A DNA stretch of 64,000 bases. It comes from Octopus bimaculoides (lineage: Eukaryota). A program made the position numbers and the translations under genes. The stretch is from contig NC_068988.1 in NCBI RefSeq assembly GCF_001194135.2, positions 64,461,282 through 64,525,281 of the forward strand, written 5' to 3'. Numbering within the stretch: position 1 is the stretch's first letter; each line of letters opens with the position of its first letter. Under the pieces are notes generated by a model, which saw only the letters and a list, made by a program, of their open reading frames with translations, was not told the origin of the DNA and ran no database searches. Positions 63,637 through 64,000 of this stretch are shown in pieces.

Positions 63637-63762
63637 ATACATATATGCATATGTGTATATATATGTGTGTATATATGTATATGTGTATATATGAGTGTGT
63701 GTATGTATATATGTGTATGTATGTGTATATGTATATGTATGTATATATGTGTGTATGTGTAA

Positions 63763-63820
<58 letters not shown>

Positions 63821-63834
63821 NNNNNNNNNNNNNN

Positions 63835-63890
<56 letters not shown>

Positions 63891-63965
63891 ATGTGTGTAT
63901 ATATATGTATGTATATATATATATATATGTATGTATGTATGTGTGTGTGTGTATGTATACACACA
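63560..63965. repeat. Compound (TA)n/(TG)n/(TATG)n microsatellite
   Basis: Directly visible; representative of dozens of such tracts in the window. Confidence 0.95.
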
Positions 63966-64000
63966 CACTTATTCTATTAGTCTCTTGCCAAACCACTAAG

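Overview
Animal genomic DNA from a gappy draft assembly: AT-rich, full of microsatellites, with more than 15 N-gaps. The repeat families look like those I recall from Octopus, which is an inference and not a database result. No complete protein-coding gene, true tRNA or rRNA gene, or CRISPR array can be supported, and almost all supplied ORFs are translations of microsatellites, satellites or N runs. The window is mostly transposon debris: several tRNA-headed SINE families, LINE 3' ends, two RTE ORF2 relics, a decayed Chapaev/CMC-like transposase, and many MITEs (hAT, Tc1/mariner, piggyBac-like, Kolobok-like, Helentron-like), often nested. The main signal is a set of minimal hammerhead-ribozyme motifs of the Penelope type: four copies of one family (two forming an inverted dyad at 36.3-36.5 kb) and two further candidate families. 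Also notable: two apparently independent SINE insertions at the same base of another SINE, and a shift from CpG-retaining to CpG-depleted DNA near 16.5-17 kb. A few isolated candidate exons exist; the best is a 99-nt transmembrane-encoding exon at 55313-55411.
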